The notes below the pieces were generated by a model that ran no database searches, was not told the origin of the DNA, and saw only the letters and a program-made list of their open reading frames with translations. Positions 1 to 12,394 of a DNA stretch of 64,000 nucleotides are shown in pieces. The stretch's first letter is position 1, and every line of letters begins with the position of its first letter. The position numbers were made by a program, and so were the translations under genes. Origin of the DNA: Eledone cirrhosa (lineage: Eukaryota); contig OZ024741.1 in NCBI GenBank assembly GCA_964016885.1, positions 400,334,001-400,398,000 of the forward strand. The letters run 5' to 3'.

Positions 1-186
1 CCAGTACAGTCCACAGTACTGTACAGTCGACAGCCCAGTATAGTCCACAGTATTGTACAGTCCACAGCCAAGTACAGTCCACAGTACTGTACAGTCCACA
101 GTACAGTACAGTCCACACCCAGTACAGTCCACAGTACAGTCCACAGTACAGTACAGTCCAAAGTCCAGTACAGTCCATAGCCCAGT
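1..186. repeat. Degenerate minisatellite of (CAGTA)/(CAGTCCA) units
   Basis: Repeated cagtacagtcca motifs from the window start; explains the QSTV-rich ORF 53..238. Confidence 0.9.
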
Positions 187-266
187 GGTTGGGGAGTGCC
201 TTAAAAAACTAATAAGACAACTTTTGATGTTGATATGAATTAATAAATTGATATTTTCCCCAACAG

Positions 267-415
267 CCATTGTGGAAGGTCGAGGCCTAGCAAAAGGTGA
301 AATAGGAATGACTAGTATTGATCTGAAATGTCCAGTATTGGTACTTTCACAGTTTTCTGATAGTCAAACTTATGTTAAAGTCATGACTAAACTTCAGATC
401 CTACAACCAATTGAG
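267..415 (+). CDS. MSH4: MSH4 (MutS homolog 4) exon A, first in window; gene begins upstream
   Basis: caacag|...GAG|gtaag; encodes (A)[49 protein letters not shown], matching the MSH4 VEGRGLARGEIG motif. Confidence 0.95.
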
Positions 416-439
416 GTAAGTTGTATTTTATATGTATAT

Positions 440-1028
440 ATGGGAGGGGGTGTTCCGAGGCCATAGTATCTTGAATAAGGTCGGGTTGCAAGAAGTTTAG
501 GTAACTGCTTCCTCTGCTGATAAAGAAGGGTTTCCCCTTGCGTATGAAAGGCCGGTTATATGATGCCTGTGTGAGATGCGTGATACTGCATGGTAGTGAG
601 ACACGGGCAGCAACTACAGAGGATATGTGATGGCTGGAGAGAAATGAAGCAAGCACGCTCTGTTGGATGTGCAATGTCAATGTGCGTGAACGACCAAGCA
701 TGGTTGTGTTGAGAGAGAAACTGTGTTTAAGAGGGATAAGTTGTAGTGTGCGGGAGAGAAGACTAAGATGGTATGGACATGTGATGCGCATGGAGGACGA
801 CACTGGGTAAAGAAGTGCCAAGAAATGCCAGTTGAAGGAAGATGCAATAGAGGAAGACCACGAAAAACATGGGCGGAGGTGGTGAGAGCTGACCTCAGCT
901 GAAGCTCATGGAGGAGATGATGAAGGACCGTGACAAGTGGAGAGATGCTGTGCTGAATAGGACCCATCCCACTCTTGCAAGCAGGGAAAAGTGGATGTAA
1001 AATGATGATAATGATGATGATGATAATA
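440..1028 (+). mobile_element. RTE-clade LINE, degenerate 3' fragment with (GAT)n tail
   Basis: Decayed KGRLYDACVR..LHGSE, RLRWYGHV and GRPRKTW motifs; ends in gatgat repeats. Confidence 0.85.
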
Positions 1029-1784
1029 GAGAGAGAGATATTAGAAAATAGTGTTTTTTTTCTTTTAAGGTTATATATATAGAGGCTGGAGAGAAAGATA
1101 TAAAGAGGCTGGCGGGAAAGATCTGTAAAAGGTGAAGAGAGAGAGGTATGTAGAGGTTGGAGAGAAATGAAGAAAGCATACTTTGATGGATATAGGATAT
1201 TAATATGTATGAATGGCAAAACATTGATGTTGAAGAGAGACATGTGATGGTACAGATGATGTGTGTGTGTGTGACAGCTTACACTTATGCAGGTTTAGCT
1301 GGCCTCCTCCATGGTATACCTCTATAATTACTCAAGATGTCTTGGGTAATTTAATGATAGGACCCCAGTCCTATCACGGTGGTAGCGGTGGTGGTGGTGG
1401 TGGTGGTGGCAGTGATAATTTGGACTGGATAACTACTAAACACAATAGCATAGCTAGGCAGGGTAAAGTAGGTAGCCCACTTCGAATGGAACTTTTGGTC
1501 TACTGCATTAAAAAAAATGCATGGTCAGGGTGCAAACTCAAAGACTACAGAAACTGAATCATCAATTCAAAAATACCAGCATAAGAAAAACAAAGTTCCC
1601 TCTTCTGAATTACTTTCCCCAACTCTTCTTTTGATAATAGGATTTTATCCTGAAATATTAAGGATTAATTGAACACTTCCAAGGTAACATCCCAACAATG
1701 TTGTTACTGTTATTTTTAACATTTAATATACAAGGTAGATCTTGAACAGAGAGCCAAAACAAATACTGCAAAGCATTCTATCTG

Positions 1785-2046
1785 ACAAGTGGTCGTGGAG
1801 GTGCCATGGCAAAAAAGCACCCAGCCCACACTGTAAAGTGGCCATGTAGGCGCCACGGTAAAAAAGCACCCAGTACTCACTGTAAATGAGGTTGGTGTTA
1901 GGAAAGGCATCCAGCTGTAGAAATCAAGCCAGAATCAGTTCCTGTATGAGCAAGACAAGGTCAGCTGACTGGACACTGCCCACAACATGACAACCTGTCT
2001 AACCCATGCTAGCATGGAAGAACGGACGTAAAACAGTGATGATGAT
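1785..2046 (+). mobile_element. RTE LINE 3'UTR / SINE-like tail fragment
   Basis: Same tail (ggtgttaggaagggcatccagctgtagaaa...aacccatgctagcatgg...gatgat) as attached to RTE ORF ends at about 24320-24580 and 62413-62807; recurs many times in the window. Confidence 0.75.
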
Positions 2047-2121
2047 TCTAATGACTGCCAATTTACTGCCTGATTCAAAATTATTTACATATGACAATAA
2101 ATTTATGAATGTTTTTTTTTA

Positions 2122-2308
2122 ATAATTGTTTCTACTTTAGGCACAAGGCCAGTAATTACCCAGTACATTACTGGTACTTTATTTTATCGACCCCGTAAGG
2201 ATGAAAGGCAAAGTTAACCTCGGCGGGATTTGAACTCAGACCATAAAGGGACGTAACTATGCTAGAAAGCATGGCGTCCAACCCTATACCGATACTGCCA
2301 ATCCACCA
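2122..2308 (-). mobile_element. tRNA-derived SINE, family 1 (about 190 bp)
   Basis: Reverse copy of tggcagtatcgg (A-box-like)...gagttcaaatccc (B box)...gtcgataaaataaagtaccag...gtagaaacaattat. More than 12 copies in the window, e.g. 14386-14572+, 17626-17818-, 21878-22070-, 26760-27140-, 35390-35582+, 36868-37057+, 37665-37855-, 41708-41893-. Confidence 0.85.
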
Positions 2309-2366
2309 ATAATACTGTTTTGTTTTACTTTTCTATAAATATTATTTAATTCTTTGTTCCTACCAG

Positions 2367-2490
2367 ATTATAATACCAAACACTGCTTGTGAAAATGGAA
2401 ATATGTCTAAACTTTTCCAAGTTATTTCCAATAATTTCTCAAATTGTAGTATCTCAACGATACAGAGGAAATATTTTAATGAATCCAAAG
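2367..2490 (+). CDS. MSH4: MSH4 exon B
   Basis: taccag|ATT...AAAG|gtaaac; IIIPNTACENGNMSKLFQVISNNFSNCSISTIQRKYFNESK-G; phase 0 to 1. Confidence 0.93.
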
Positions 2491-2641
2491 GTAAACTTTT
2501 TGAAAATATCTTCCCAAAACTCCATCTTTGATAAGAAAAAGAATATTTGTGACTGTTCATAAATCCTCCTTAGCTATTCTCTCATTATTGCTTCTGTAAA
2601 TTATTTTGAGCAAATAGTATCCCCTCCATTCTCTCTCTCTA

Positions 2642-2676
<35 letters not shown>

Positions 2677-2971
2677 TGATTTTATATTGATTTTATATTA
2701 TTTATACTCCAGCCCTATAAACTCTTGAGTGCTACTTATCCGATATTTGCATTGCTTTATTGTGCTACAATAAAACTCACCTCCTACATTATATATATAT
2801 ATATATATATATATAATTGGTGTGGGATGCTTAAAGCGTCCGTAAGCGGTAGGCCGTTTGAGCACTCGATACTCTTACAGAGCAGAGTATGATAGAATGA
2901 CAACAACAGCACCTAAGTTGCCAAGTGAGGGCATGTAACTGGACATTTGGAAACTCTGCTTCGCAGAATCG

Positions 2972-3068
2972 AGACATATCTGACGACCTTGTGATTTCAG
3001 AGTCAGGTTCGATCATTACATCGATCGTGCCTCGAGCTGGTTGCCAGAGAAACGATTGTAATATGTCT
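2972..3068 (+). ncRNA. Type I hammerhead ribozyme-like motif with long stem II (Penelope pLTR-type)
   Basis: agacatat-CTGACGA-[about 62 nt]-GAAAC-gatt-GTA-atatgtct; 8-bp stem I; followed by AATAAA. Confidence 0.6.
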
Positions 3069-3253
3069 AATAAATTTTATTCGTCGCAACACTGATTCTC
3101 CGTTTCTTATGTGATATATATATAGGTTTATCCCAGGTTCAATTGGGGGTAACCACTCAATACAAAGCAGATTATAAATATTTAATATAGAAGAGCTACA
3201 TTTGTAAAGCAATTGAATAATTTAATGTAATTTAATCTTGGTTATTTTTTATC

Positions 3254-3298
<45 letters not shown>

Positions 3299-3620
3299 CA
3301 AATGTAAATATGTTGGAGCTACACAAAATATTGTGTTATATAATATTTGATATTATTTTAAAAAGTAGGAGTTACAAGAAGTATTATGTTAAATTATATT
3401 TAATATTATTTGATATCCTGTGAATATATTGAGCTACAAGAAATATCATGTTATATAATATTTGATATTATTTGATATTATTTTAAAAAGTAGGAGTTAC
3501 AAGTATCATGTTATATCATATCTAATATTATTTGCTATTATTTAAGCTACAAGAAGTACCATGTTAAACAATGATCCTATCACAAAGACATGTATAAAAA
3601 AGATTATATATTTTTTATAG

Positions 3621-3687
3621 GACTCCAGTTAATCAAACAACTCTGTCTACCGGACTACAAATCAGTTGAAATGGAAGTCGCTTCAAA
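3621..3687 (+). CDS. MSH4: MSH4 exon C
   Basis: ttatag|GA...AA|gtaag; GLQLIKQLCLPDYKSVEMEVASK; phase 1 to 2. Confidence 0.92.
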
Positions 3688-4075
3688 GTAAGATATTATT
3701 TTATAAATTGTCTAAATAATTGATTATTCAAGAAATCAATGATTCTTATTCTTTTTGTTGTGATTTATTGATATCTCTTCAGCTTTATATAGACAAACAT
3801 GCACGCACATGCAGACACACACTCACACACACACACACATGTACGCACACACACATATATATATCTTGCCAAACAAATGGTTGAGAAGACCCTCAGTTGT
3901 TTCAAAGACATGCCAACCTCCTCTGTGCACTTGGTGGAACGTGAGACCATACATAAACGAGACACAGATCCCTGGCCTGTCTAGGAGATCAGTGGCTCTG
4001 CTTCAGTACTGACTTGGTCTATGTAGACCTGTCTAACCCTTGCTAACAAGCAAAGGTTAAAACAATGTTGATGAC

Positions 4076-4117
<42 letters not shown>

Positions 4118-4162
4118 GTCATCATCATTGTTTTAAGATTTGCTTTCTCTGTTTGCAAGGGT

Positions 4163-4230
<68 letters not shown>

Positions 4231-4672
4231 TATGTAGAAAAGATAACACACGAGAGAGAGTGTGTGTTTATCAATATACAGGGAAAACCACCAGTATATG
4301 GAATCTATAAACTATGAAAAGTTAGGTGGACGCATAATAATTAAAAATATAAATCAAAATCAATTTACCCACCTCTATAACTATATATCACACAAGTACA
4401 AACCCAAAGAGATTTGTTTCACCAAAAGATTAGTGAATGGAATGAAAACACTCAGGTTGATCAGCATGTGTTAAGTGAATACATTCCAGACAACTCTAAG
4501 AGAACTTAAGATAACTGCCTTGCAACATGTGGTAGAGAGAAGTGAAGGTGTGCAAAAGACAGTAAACTAGTGGCCTGGGTGGATTGAGCGGCTAGAAATG
4601 GCAGCCCAAAACCACTAACGCGAGTCTATGACTCCGTTAATTTATTTTGATATATATATATATAAATATATA

Positions 4673-4856
4673 TAGAAGTGGTTACACAATAGTTAGTTCA
4701 CCATACCGAGAAAAATTGTTTCACCTTCGCGGATCTTCAGCTCGGGATGTGTATGGTTATAGGTTCCTATAACCATACACATCCCGAGCTGAAGATCCGC
4801 GAAGGTGAAACAATTGTTCTCGGTATGGTGAACTAACTATTGTGTAACCACTTCTA
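4673..4856. repeat. 184-bp near-perfect palindrome (91-bp arms, 2-nt centre, 1 mismatch)
   Basis: Arms 4673-4763 and 4766-4856 are reverse complements except at 4713/4816; flanked by (TA)n. Confidence 0.95.
4784..4823 (+). ncRNA. Minimal type I hammerhead ribozyme motif (Penelope-type)
   Basis: ccgag-CTGAAGA-tccgcgaaggt-GAAAC-aatt-GTT-ctcgg; 5-bp stem I and palindromic loop 3. Confidence 0.7.
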
Positions 4857-5959
4857 CCTAACTCGTCCCTTGGACTGAATGCTCTACCACTACGGATATT
4901 ACCTTCCAGTGTTCCACCACTATAAATATATATATATATATAAGAAAAAAAAACGAAGTTTTGTTTACATGTTTAGATTTTTATTGAGTATCAACCTGTT
5001 ACATATCTTGAATAAGGACGGGTTGCAAGAAGTTTAGGGAGCTGCTTCCTCTGCGATGAAGAAGGGTTTCCCCCTGAATACGAAAGGCCGGTTATATGAT
5101 GCCTGTGTGAGATGTGTGATACTGCATGGTAGTGAGACCCAAGGTCACCTATGAAAACTATGGACCTAATTCCAGTATCAATCTCCTTGTCAGACTTATT
5201 ATTTTTTTTATTGAATCACCAGCCTGACAAGCAGATCAATGCTGGAGTTGGGTCCATAGATGACCTTGAATCAATCATCTGTGAAATGTGTATAACAGGT
5301 TGAAACTTAAAAACTTCTAAACAAACTTCATTGTTGTTTCTTGATGGCAACATGAATAGACCTCCTCAATGACTATTCTCTTCTGGGCCTCCTCTTCTTT
5401 CTGGTCATAATCTGTTACTCTATATGATCTGTTGGAGAGGAGACATAAAAGTTATTGGTTAGTTTGTCAAAGTTCTTTCATCACACATTCTTTGACCTCC
5501 TCAATGACTATCTGTTCTCTCTTCTGTGCCTCCTTTTCTTTCTGGTCTTAATCTCTTACTCCATTTTGTCTTCATAATTTTATGTAAAAATCTTCAGTAA
5601 GTTATTCCTCAAACATCAGCTTAATAATGAGAAATTTAGTTACATTATTAAATTCTATTAAAACTCAATTATTTTCAAAATAAAAATCTTAAGTAGTGTC
5701 TTAAATTAGAAATATTGTAGTAACCTTTTGAAGTAAGTTTTATTTGTATAAAAATGATAATTTCATTTTCATGAAAACAAAATTTTTATTTTATTTTTAT
5801 AAAAACGAAAGGATAATTTTATTTTTATGAAAACAAACTGATGATTTTTTTTAATGAAAACAATATGATAACTATATTTTTATAAAAAACGAAATGATGA
5901 TTTTATTTTTATAAAAAACGAAATGATGATTTTATTTTTATGAAAACAAAATGATTATT

Positions 5960-6148
5960 TAAATGTAATCTGAGTTTTTCGAATATTAATAATAACATTC
6001 AATTCATTTGCAATTATGCGAACATGCCTCATTTTTAAAGCCATGTCAGTAGAATGAACCTTTCATTCTTGCTCTTGTGTTGGCATGTGCATAATTGCAA
6101 ACGAATCGAATGTTATTATTAATATTCGAAAAACTCAGATTACATTTA
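5960..6148. repeat. Foldback / inverted repeat (about 68-bp arms)
   Basis: taaatgtaatctgagtttttcgaatattaataataacattc...gaatgttattattaatattcgaaaaactcagattacattta. Confidence 0.85.
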
Positions 6149-6283
6149 TTGTATTCAGCCATGTAGAGCAAAATTTTTCTTTTTTTTAAATGATTATTTT
6201 ATTTTTTGAAAACAAATGATAATTTTGTTTTCATTAATTATATGTTGCTCTTACATAAAGTGTTGATATTTCTCCTAAATTAG

Positions 6284-6405
6284 ATACTACTGTTTAGCTA
6301 CAGCTTCTGCATTACTTAAGTATGTGGAATTCATCCAGAATATTGTTTATGCGCCATCTACCTTGAAAATTATTTTTAGAGGCTGTGAAAATACAACAAT
6401 GATTG
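6284..6405 (+). CDS. MSH4: MSH4 exon D
   Basis: aattag|A TAC...ATTG|gtagg; [41 protein letters not shown]; phase 2 to 1. Confidence 0.94.
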
Positions 6406-6642
6406 GTAGGTGTCATGTTTTTCATAAAACTTTCTCAATAACATTTCATATTATATATTTATAGAACTTGGTTTCTGGTCTATAAGATACACATAACAAA
6501 AATAAAATGAGTTTTTAATTATTAAGTCTAAAAATTGAAAAATATGCAAATAAAGTAAATTGTATTACATTGTTCAGGTTATAAGACATATCTTTATTTT
6601 AACACTTTCGTTACCATATCTCCAATGAAATATGCTACCTAA

Positions 6643-6930
6643 GTGGAGGTACATGGCCTAGTACTAAGTATGTTGGACTTATGATCACAAATGTCGTGCG
6701 TTCAATTCCTGGACTGGGTTGAGTTGTGTGTTGTTCTTGAACACAACACTTCATTTCATGTTGCTCCAGTATACTCAGCTGAAAATGAGTACCAGTAATA
6801 ACTGTAGGTTTAAACCTGCAATGGACTCGAGTCCTGTTTAGAGGAGAGTATTGAAATCAAAGTCACTTCATGTCACAGAAACTGGGGTTAGCACCACCCC
6901 GGTGAGCCTCTGCACTCAATACAGACTTTA
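6643..6930 (+). mobile_element. tRNA-derived SINE, family 2 (degenerate)
   Basis: tggcctagt...gttcaattcc head plus ttgctccagt..ctcagctg body; related copies at 20749 and 25222. Confidence 0.65.
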
Positions 6931-7991
6931 ACCTTGAGTTGGATTGATGTCCTGTCCAGGAGGAGTCTTACACTCTCAGTCATGTCATACTACAGAAACC
7001 AAGATAAGCACTAGCCTGGTGAGTCTCTGAGCTCAAGACAGATTTTAGAGATTTAAACTGACTAAGTTTTCAAATTAATTTTGAAAATAAAAAAAATCGG
7101 AGTGATTTCGTAAATGTAAGAAATCTGGTGTTTGGAACTTAACTAAAATATTCTGAGATAAAATTTATGATGAACAGTTTTAGTTTAAATATGTGTATTT
7201 TAAACTGGGCAGTTTTATGTCAAAGAACAGGCAGAGGCAACCCCTTTTGAGCAGTGGGTCACATAGGATGTGGCTCATCATAAGACGGGCTGTACTACTA
7301 AAAAATGAAAGGCAATTTTGAAATTAAGTGTCCCATTCAGAAAGTCAAGCAGGCTGCATGTGGCTCGTGAGCCACAGTTTGCCCATGACTGTCATTGAAC
7401 CAGGGAAACTTTTTGGTGGATTTGTGTTGATATTTGTCTTAAAAAAAAAAAACTATTTGCAATGCTCTCAAATTTGTCAAGAGTAAATCAATAACAGATC
7501 AATAAACATGTGTGAAAGTATCTGTAAAAATACAGTAATTACTTTTCAATCCATCATATAATAATTCGATTGAACTCTTTGTGTCAGAAATAATTCCCAT
7601 ATTTGTTGAATATTTGTTCAACATCTGGTTGAATATTTGTTCTACAAAAATGTTTTACAAACAATTAAAAATTTACAATATTAACTCTTAATATTCTGTC
7701 ATGATTTAGTGTAAAATATCTAAAAACAGGTTTCTTAAATTAAATGTTTATAGTGTTTTTACTAGTGGACAGAGTGTTGTGAACATTTTAATGTGATGCA
7801 GTCATAAGGATGCTATTGTGTTCTTATCAATAATAACAATTTCTGATTTAAACACAAGGCCAACAATTTTGAGGTAGGGGAAAGTCGATTAATTCAACCC
7901 TAGTGCATTAGTAAGAAATAAATTTTATTAGAAACCCACCCAAAGCTATCCCTGGTTCTGTGACATAAAACCATATTTCTTTCAATTTACA

Positions 7992-9560
7992 TTACCACAT
8001 TCCTTTCAATAGGTGTAATTGGGTAAGGTCGGCTTTTATCACCTCATCCCAGGTCATTTTGGGTCTCCCCACTCCGCGGTTTCCATCGACTTCTAGTGCT
8101 CTGCACCTTTTTATGCAGCTGTCATCCTTCATATGCATCACATGTCCATACCAACGCAACCGCCTCTCCTGCACACAGCATTTGATTCCTCTTATGCTCA
8201 GTCTCTCTCTCAATTCATTTATGCTTTGTCGGTCGCGTATATTACTATTACACATCCATCGGAGCATGCAGGCTTCGTTTCTCTCTAATCTACGTAAGTC
8301 TTCCACCTTCAGCGCCCAAGTCTCACTACCATGCAACATCGCTGTTTGGATACACGCATCATATAGTCTGCCTTTCATTTTGAGGGAGAAGCCTTTTACA
8401 GCTAGCAGTGGTAGTAGTTCCCTAAACTTCTTCCATCCCGTTCTTACCCTAGTTATTGTACTTTCTGAACACCCACCTCCACTGCTAATTCGGTCACCTA
8501 GGTAGCAGAAGCTGTCTACTGTTTCTACAGAGCCCTCTCAGAGATTGGTGGTACTTGTTTCCTGTGGCTGTTTGCTGCTTGCTGTCCTAGCACAGCTGCT
8601 GCATGTGAAGCCTACATTCTTAATTAAGCTTCCTGAGATCCCGCTACATCTCTTGTGTACCCATTGTTTGTATTTGGGGCAGAGAATGGAGTTCCTACCT
8701 ACACCTTTCCTACATACTGAGCAAGGCCATTTCCCTGAGGGGATCTGGGTTCTGTCTTCTCATCTACTTACAAGGACCTTAGTCTTTGTCATGTTGACTT
8801 TGAGACCCTTTCTTTCTAGTCCCTGCTTCCAAGTTTGGAATTTCTTCTCTAGTTCTACCATAGATTCAGCCATAAGTGCGAGGTCATCAGCATACAAGAG
8901 TTCCCATGGGCATCCGGTCTTAAACTCCTTCGTTATTGCCTGCAGGACTATGATGAACAGGAGGGGGCTAAGAACAGATCCCTGGTGGACCCCAACCTGT
9001 ACGCTAAATTCCTCACAATACTCATTGCTAATCCTAACTTTGCTGACTGCTCCCCTATACATGGCTTGTACCGCTTTCACAAGCCATTCATCTACTCCTA
9101 GTTTTCTAAGAGCCCACCAGATTACAGCACGTGGAACTCTGTCAAAGGCTTTCTCAAGATCGACGAATGCCAGGTAGAGTGGCTTACTTTTAGCTAGGTA
9201 CTTTTCCTGTAACTGCCTCACAAGGAAGAGGGCATCAGTGGTGCCTCTTCCTGGTACAAACCCAAATTGCATCTCATCTAGTTTCACCCAGTCCCTAATC
9301 AACTGTGCTATAACTCTTTCTGTTACTTTCATGACCTGGTCCATCAGCTTTATACCTCTATAGTTTCCTCTATCGAGTGCATTACCTTTACCTTTGTAGC
9401 AGTTGACAATGATGCTACTGCACCAATCTTTTGGTATGACACCTTCTAGTATTACCTGGTTAACAATACGTGTGGTTATAGTGTGACCTACAGACCCAGA
9501 TGCCTTCAGCATCTCGGCAGCTATACCCGATGGACCGGTTGCCTTCCCCATCTTCATATC
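7992..9560 (-). mobile_element. RTE-clade LINE fragment (RT + zinc finger + C-terminus), truncated and frameshifted
   Basis: ORFs 8760..9557 (NYRGIKL, QFGF, FVDLEKAFD, GVHQGSVLSP, LLYADD) and 7992..8378; close relative of the 59037-62807 element. Confidence 0.93.
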
Positions 9561-10554
9561 TTTAGTAAATTTATTTAAGTTGGTGTTCGGAATATAACTT
9601 CACAAACATCCAATGTGCTGTGACTTGTTCTTTATCTCCCACCTTGTCATTTTAGCTACAAACTTGGTCTCCGCTGCCTACTATGCAGAAGAGAGGAAGA
9701 TAGTTAAATGCCAGGGTCTGACTGACCACTTCTTTCTTTGGACTGGTCTCCATCAAGACCTTTGGTGTCCCTGGTCCCTGTACTGCTGATTTGATGTGTA
9801 TAATTGGAAAGACAGCAGCCTGCTTGAAGAAGTAGCTCCATGAGATGGGGTGGCTGTTGCAGTGGGTGTCTCTGGCTATTCTCCATGGTAATGCCTTTGC
9901 CAATTTGCCTGCAGATTGGGATGTAGTGTCTGTTCCTCATTCTCTCCCTTTCTTTCATTGCTAAATTCTTTTTTCTTTTTCTTCTTTTCATAGCCAAAAT
10001 AAAATAAATTCTAACAAAAAAAAAATCAATCAAAATTATTTCCTTTGTATATTTTCCACTTTTTATATTTAATAATTAAAGGCTCATTTTTTATATTTTA
10101 TATAAACACCATTGAAAATTAGACGATTTAATATTTTTATATTTTGTTTCAAATAGGTCATAAATCATTATCAAACATAATTTAATTTTAATATGTTTTT
10201 AAATGACAATATTTTTAATTTCATCTTCATAATTACAGAATGAAAATATACACATAAATGATATATACAATACCTAAATATTTTACATAAAAATATAAAA
10301 TCAAAACGAAAAAAATATTAAGCCAATACTACGTAATGTGTGTCAATTAGTCACACACCACAAGGAGTGCCAGAGCCTCCCTCTTATACTTTTTGAGGTA
10401 ACCCAACATACTAGCAATGTTACTGTGTGTAATAGCAAAATTTAAGGTGCTGGAACAACCTCATGGGCATCACTGAATACCTTGGTATGGCTGGGTGATA
10501 GCAAGGCTAAGGCCCTGAAACAACTAAGTACCCTCACAGGCATCACTGGATACC

Positions 10555-11290
10555 TTGGTTAGGCAAACTGCCAACAATGACAAGAATTTAGTGCGGCCTT
10601 CAAATCCCACAGTGGTGCCTGGCTCCATGCCTTACCCCTCCTTCTCCACTGGTATGCAGCTGGATAACAATAACCTGCGCATCAGCGTTTCCTTGAGGCT
10701 TGGCTTCTGGATCTGCGAGCCACACCAATGTCACTGTGGATCCACCGTGGATTCTTTCGACCTCCACCCACTTTCCTGTCACCACAGTGCCGGCTGCCTT
10801 CCTCGCCATGCTGCCCTCAACAAGGTCATAAAGCATGGCTTGGACGCTGCAGGATTCCCTTCCCAGTTCGAGCCGGTGGGGCTGGACCGAGGGGACGACA
10901 AAAGGCCAGATGTTATGACCATCTTCCCGTTCCACGGTGGCAAACCCCTTGTCTGGGATGCCACTTGCACCAACACTTTCTCCAGCTGCAACCTGGTGCA
11001 GTCTGCGACTAGCCCAGGTTCTGCTGTACGTCAGGCCGAAGAGGCTAAACTCTCCAAATACCGGTCGCTCCCCGACAGGTTTGCGGTTGTACCCTTGGTA
11101 GTGGAGACTTCTTGTGTCCTCGGCCCTAGGGCTACCTCCCTACTCACCACCATAGGCGCTGAGCTGGCCAGCCACAGGTGTGAGCCTCGCGAGTTGGAAT
11201 GGCTTCCCCAGCGCATCTCCCTTGCCATGCTCCGGGGAAACGCCTTCTCTATTCTGTCCACCGGGGCTGTGGGGAGGCCACCAATAGGAT
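10555..11290 (+). mobile_element. CRE-like non-LTR retrotransposon C-terminal fragment (zinc knuckle + restriction-like endonuclease)
   Basis: CHCG...HPLSC...RH..LN, KRPD...PFHGGKPLVWDATC, AEEAKLSKY, VPLVVET, QRISLAMLRGNA; GC-rich island. Confidence 0.85.
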
Positions 11291-11774
11291 TGACTGACTT
11301 ATCATTTAATCAGTCAAAAAGAAGGTTATATTTCGATTCAGTAGACCAATGTTGTATAGGAATGATGTCTATTTCCTAAACACCAAAAACCTTGTAGACC
11401 AGAATTTCATTGTCAGTGGTCCAGCTCCAACAAAAAGTATCAAATATTTCAAATATATATTTTAAAATATGCTTTCCTTTATTGTATATATGTCTCCTTT
11501 ATTGTATATATGTCTCCTTTATTGTATATATGTCTCCTTTATTGTATATAAAGTCTCTTGGACTTTTATGAAGTGCTGAGAAGATTTAGCTAATATCACA
11601 CTGTAAAGTGGTCATGTAGAAGACATGGAAAAAAGCACCCAGCACACACTGTAAATATGGTTGGCATTAGGAAGGGCATCCAACCATAGAAAACTTGCGA
11701 GATACCTGTCTAACCTATGCTAGAGTGGAAAATAGACGTTAAACAATGATGATGATGATGATCATCATCATCAT

Positions 11775-11931
11775 GTGCTCATGTGCAGGAATACTATAAA
11801 ATATCTTATAAAACAACCTTAAAAGACGGAAAAAGAAGTTGCCACCAGACACTCGATGGCAACTTTGTCTGTTTTTAAGATTCTTCACCCTATTTTATAA
11901 GCTATTTTATAGTATGTCTGAACATGAGTAC
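11775..11931. repeat. Imperfect foldback palindrome
   Basis: atactataaaata/tattttatagtat and aagttgcca/tggcaactt arms. Confidence 0.75.
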
Positions 11932-12061
11932 ACCATTCTTTATATATTTTCCTTTCATTTTGTAACATGAAAGAAGGTATTGTATTTATATTCTATTAAT
12001 TTATACACTATAAAGTTTACAAAATATTTTATGTTTTTGTAATTGTCATCATATCTTACAG

Positions 12062-12205
12062 ATGTTACTACAGCAAAGAACTTAGAACTTGTTCAAAATT
12101 TAAGAGATCCAAAAAGCTGCCACACTTTGTTTGGTATACTTAACTATTGCAAAACTCCTGGTGGAGTCCGCTTACTTCGAGCTAATATTCTTCAACCACC
12201 TTCAG
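12062..12205 (+). CDS. MSH4: MSH4 exon E
   Basis: ttacag|AT...TCAG|gttta; DVTTAKNLELVQNLRDPKSCHTLFGILNYCKTPGGVRLLRANILQPPS, carrying the MutS core NLEL...TPGG.RLL motif. Confidence 0.95.
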
Positions 12206-12394
12206 GTTTATAAATTATATTTTTTACATACATTTACTCACATGGGTTGGATTAACCATTAAGTAAAATAAACATAAACTTAAGGCATCAAGGAAAGAAA
12301 GCACCATTTTATTCAAATTAAATGTACTATATGCACGGGCTTATAAGATGCACCTCAATTTGAGCAGGCATTAAAAAAATAATAATAAATGGGT

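Noticed and set aside
8059-9177. Long + strand ORFs (also 387..821, 60988..62133 minus)
   Set aside because: Antisense shadows of RTE coding sequence.
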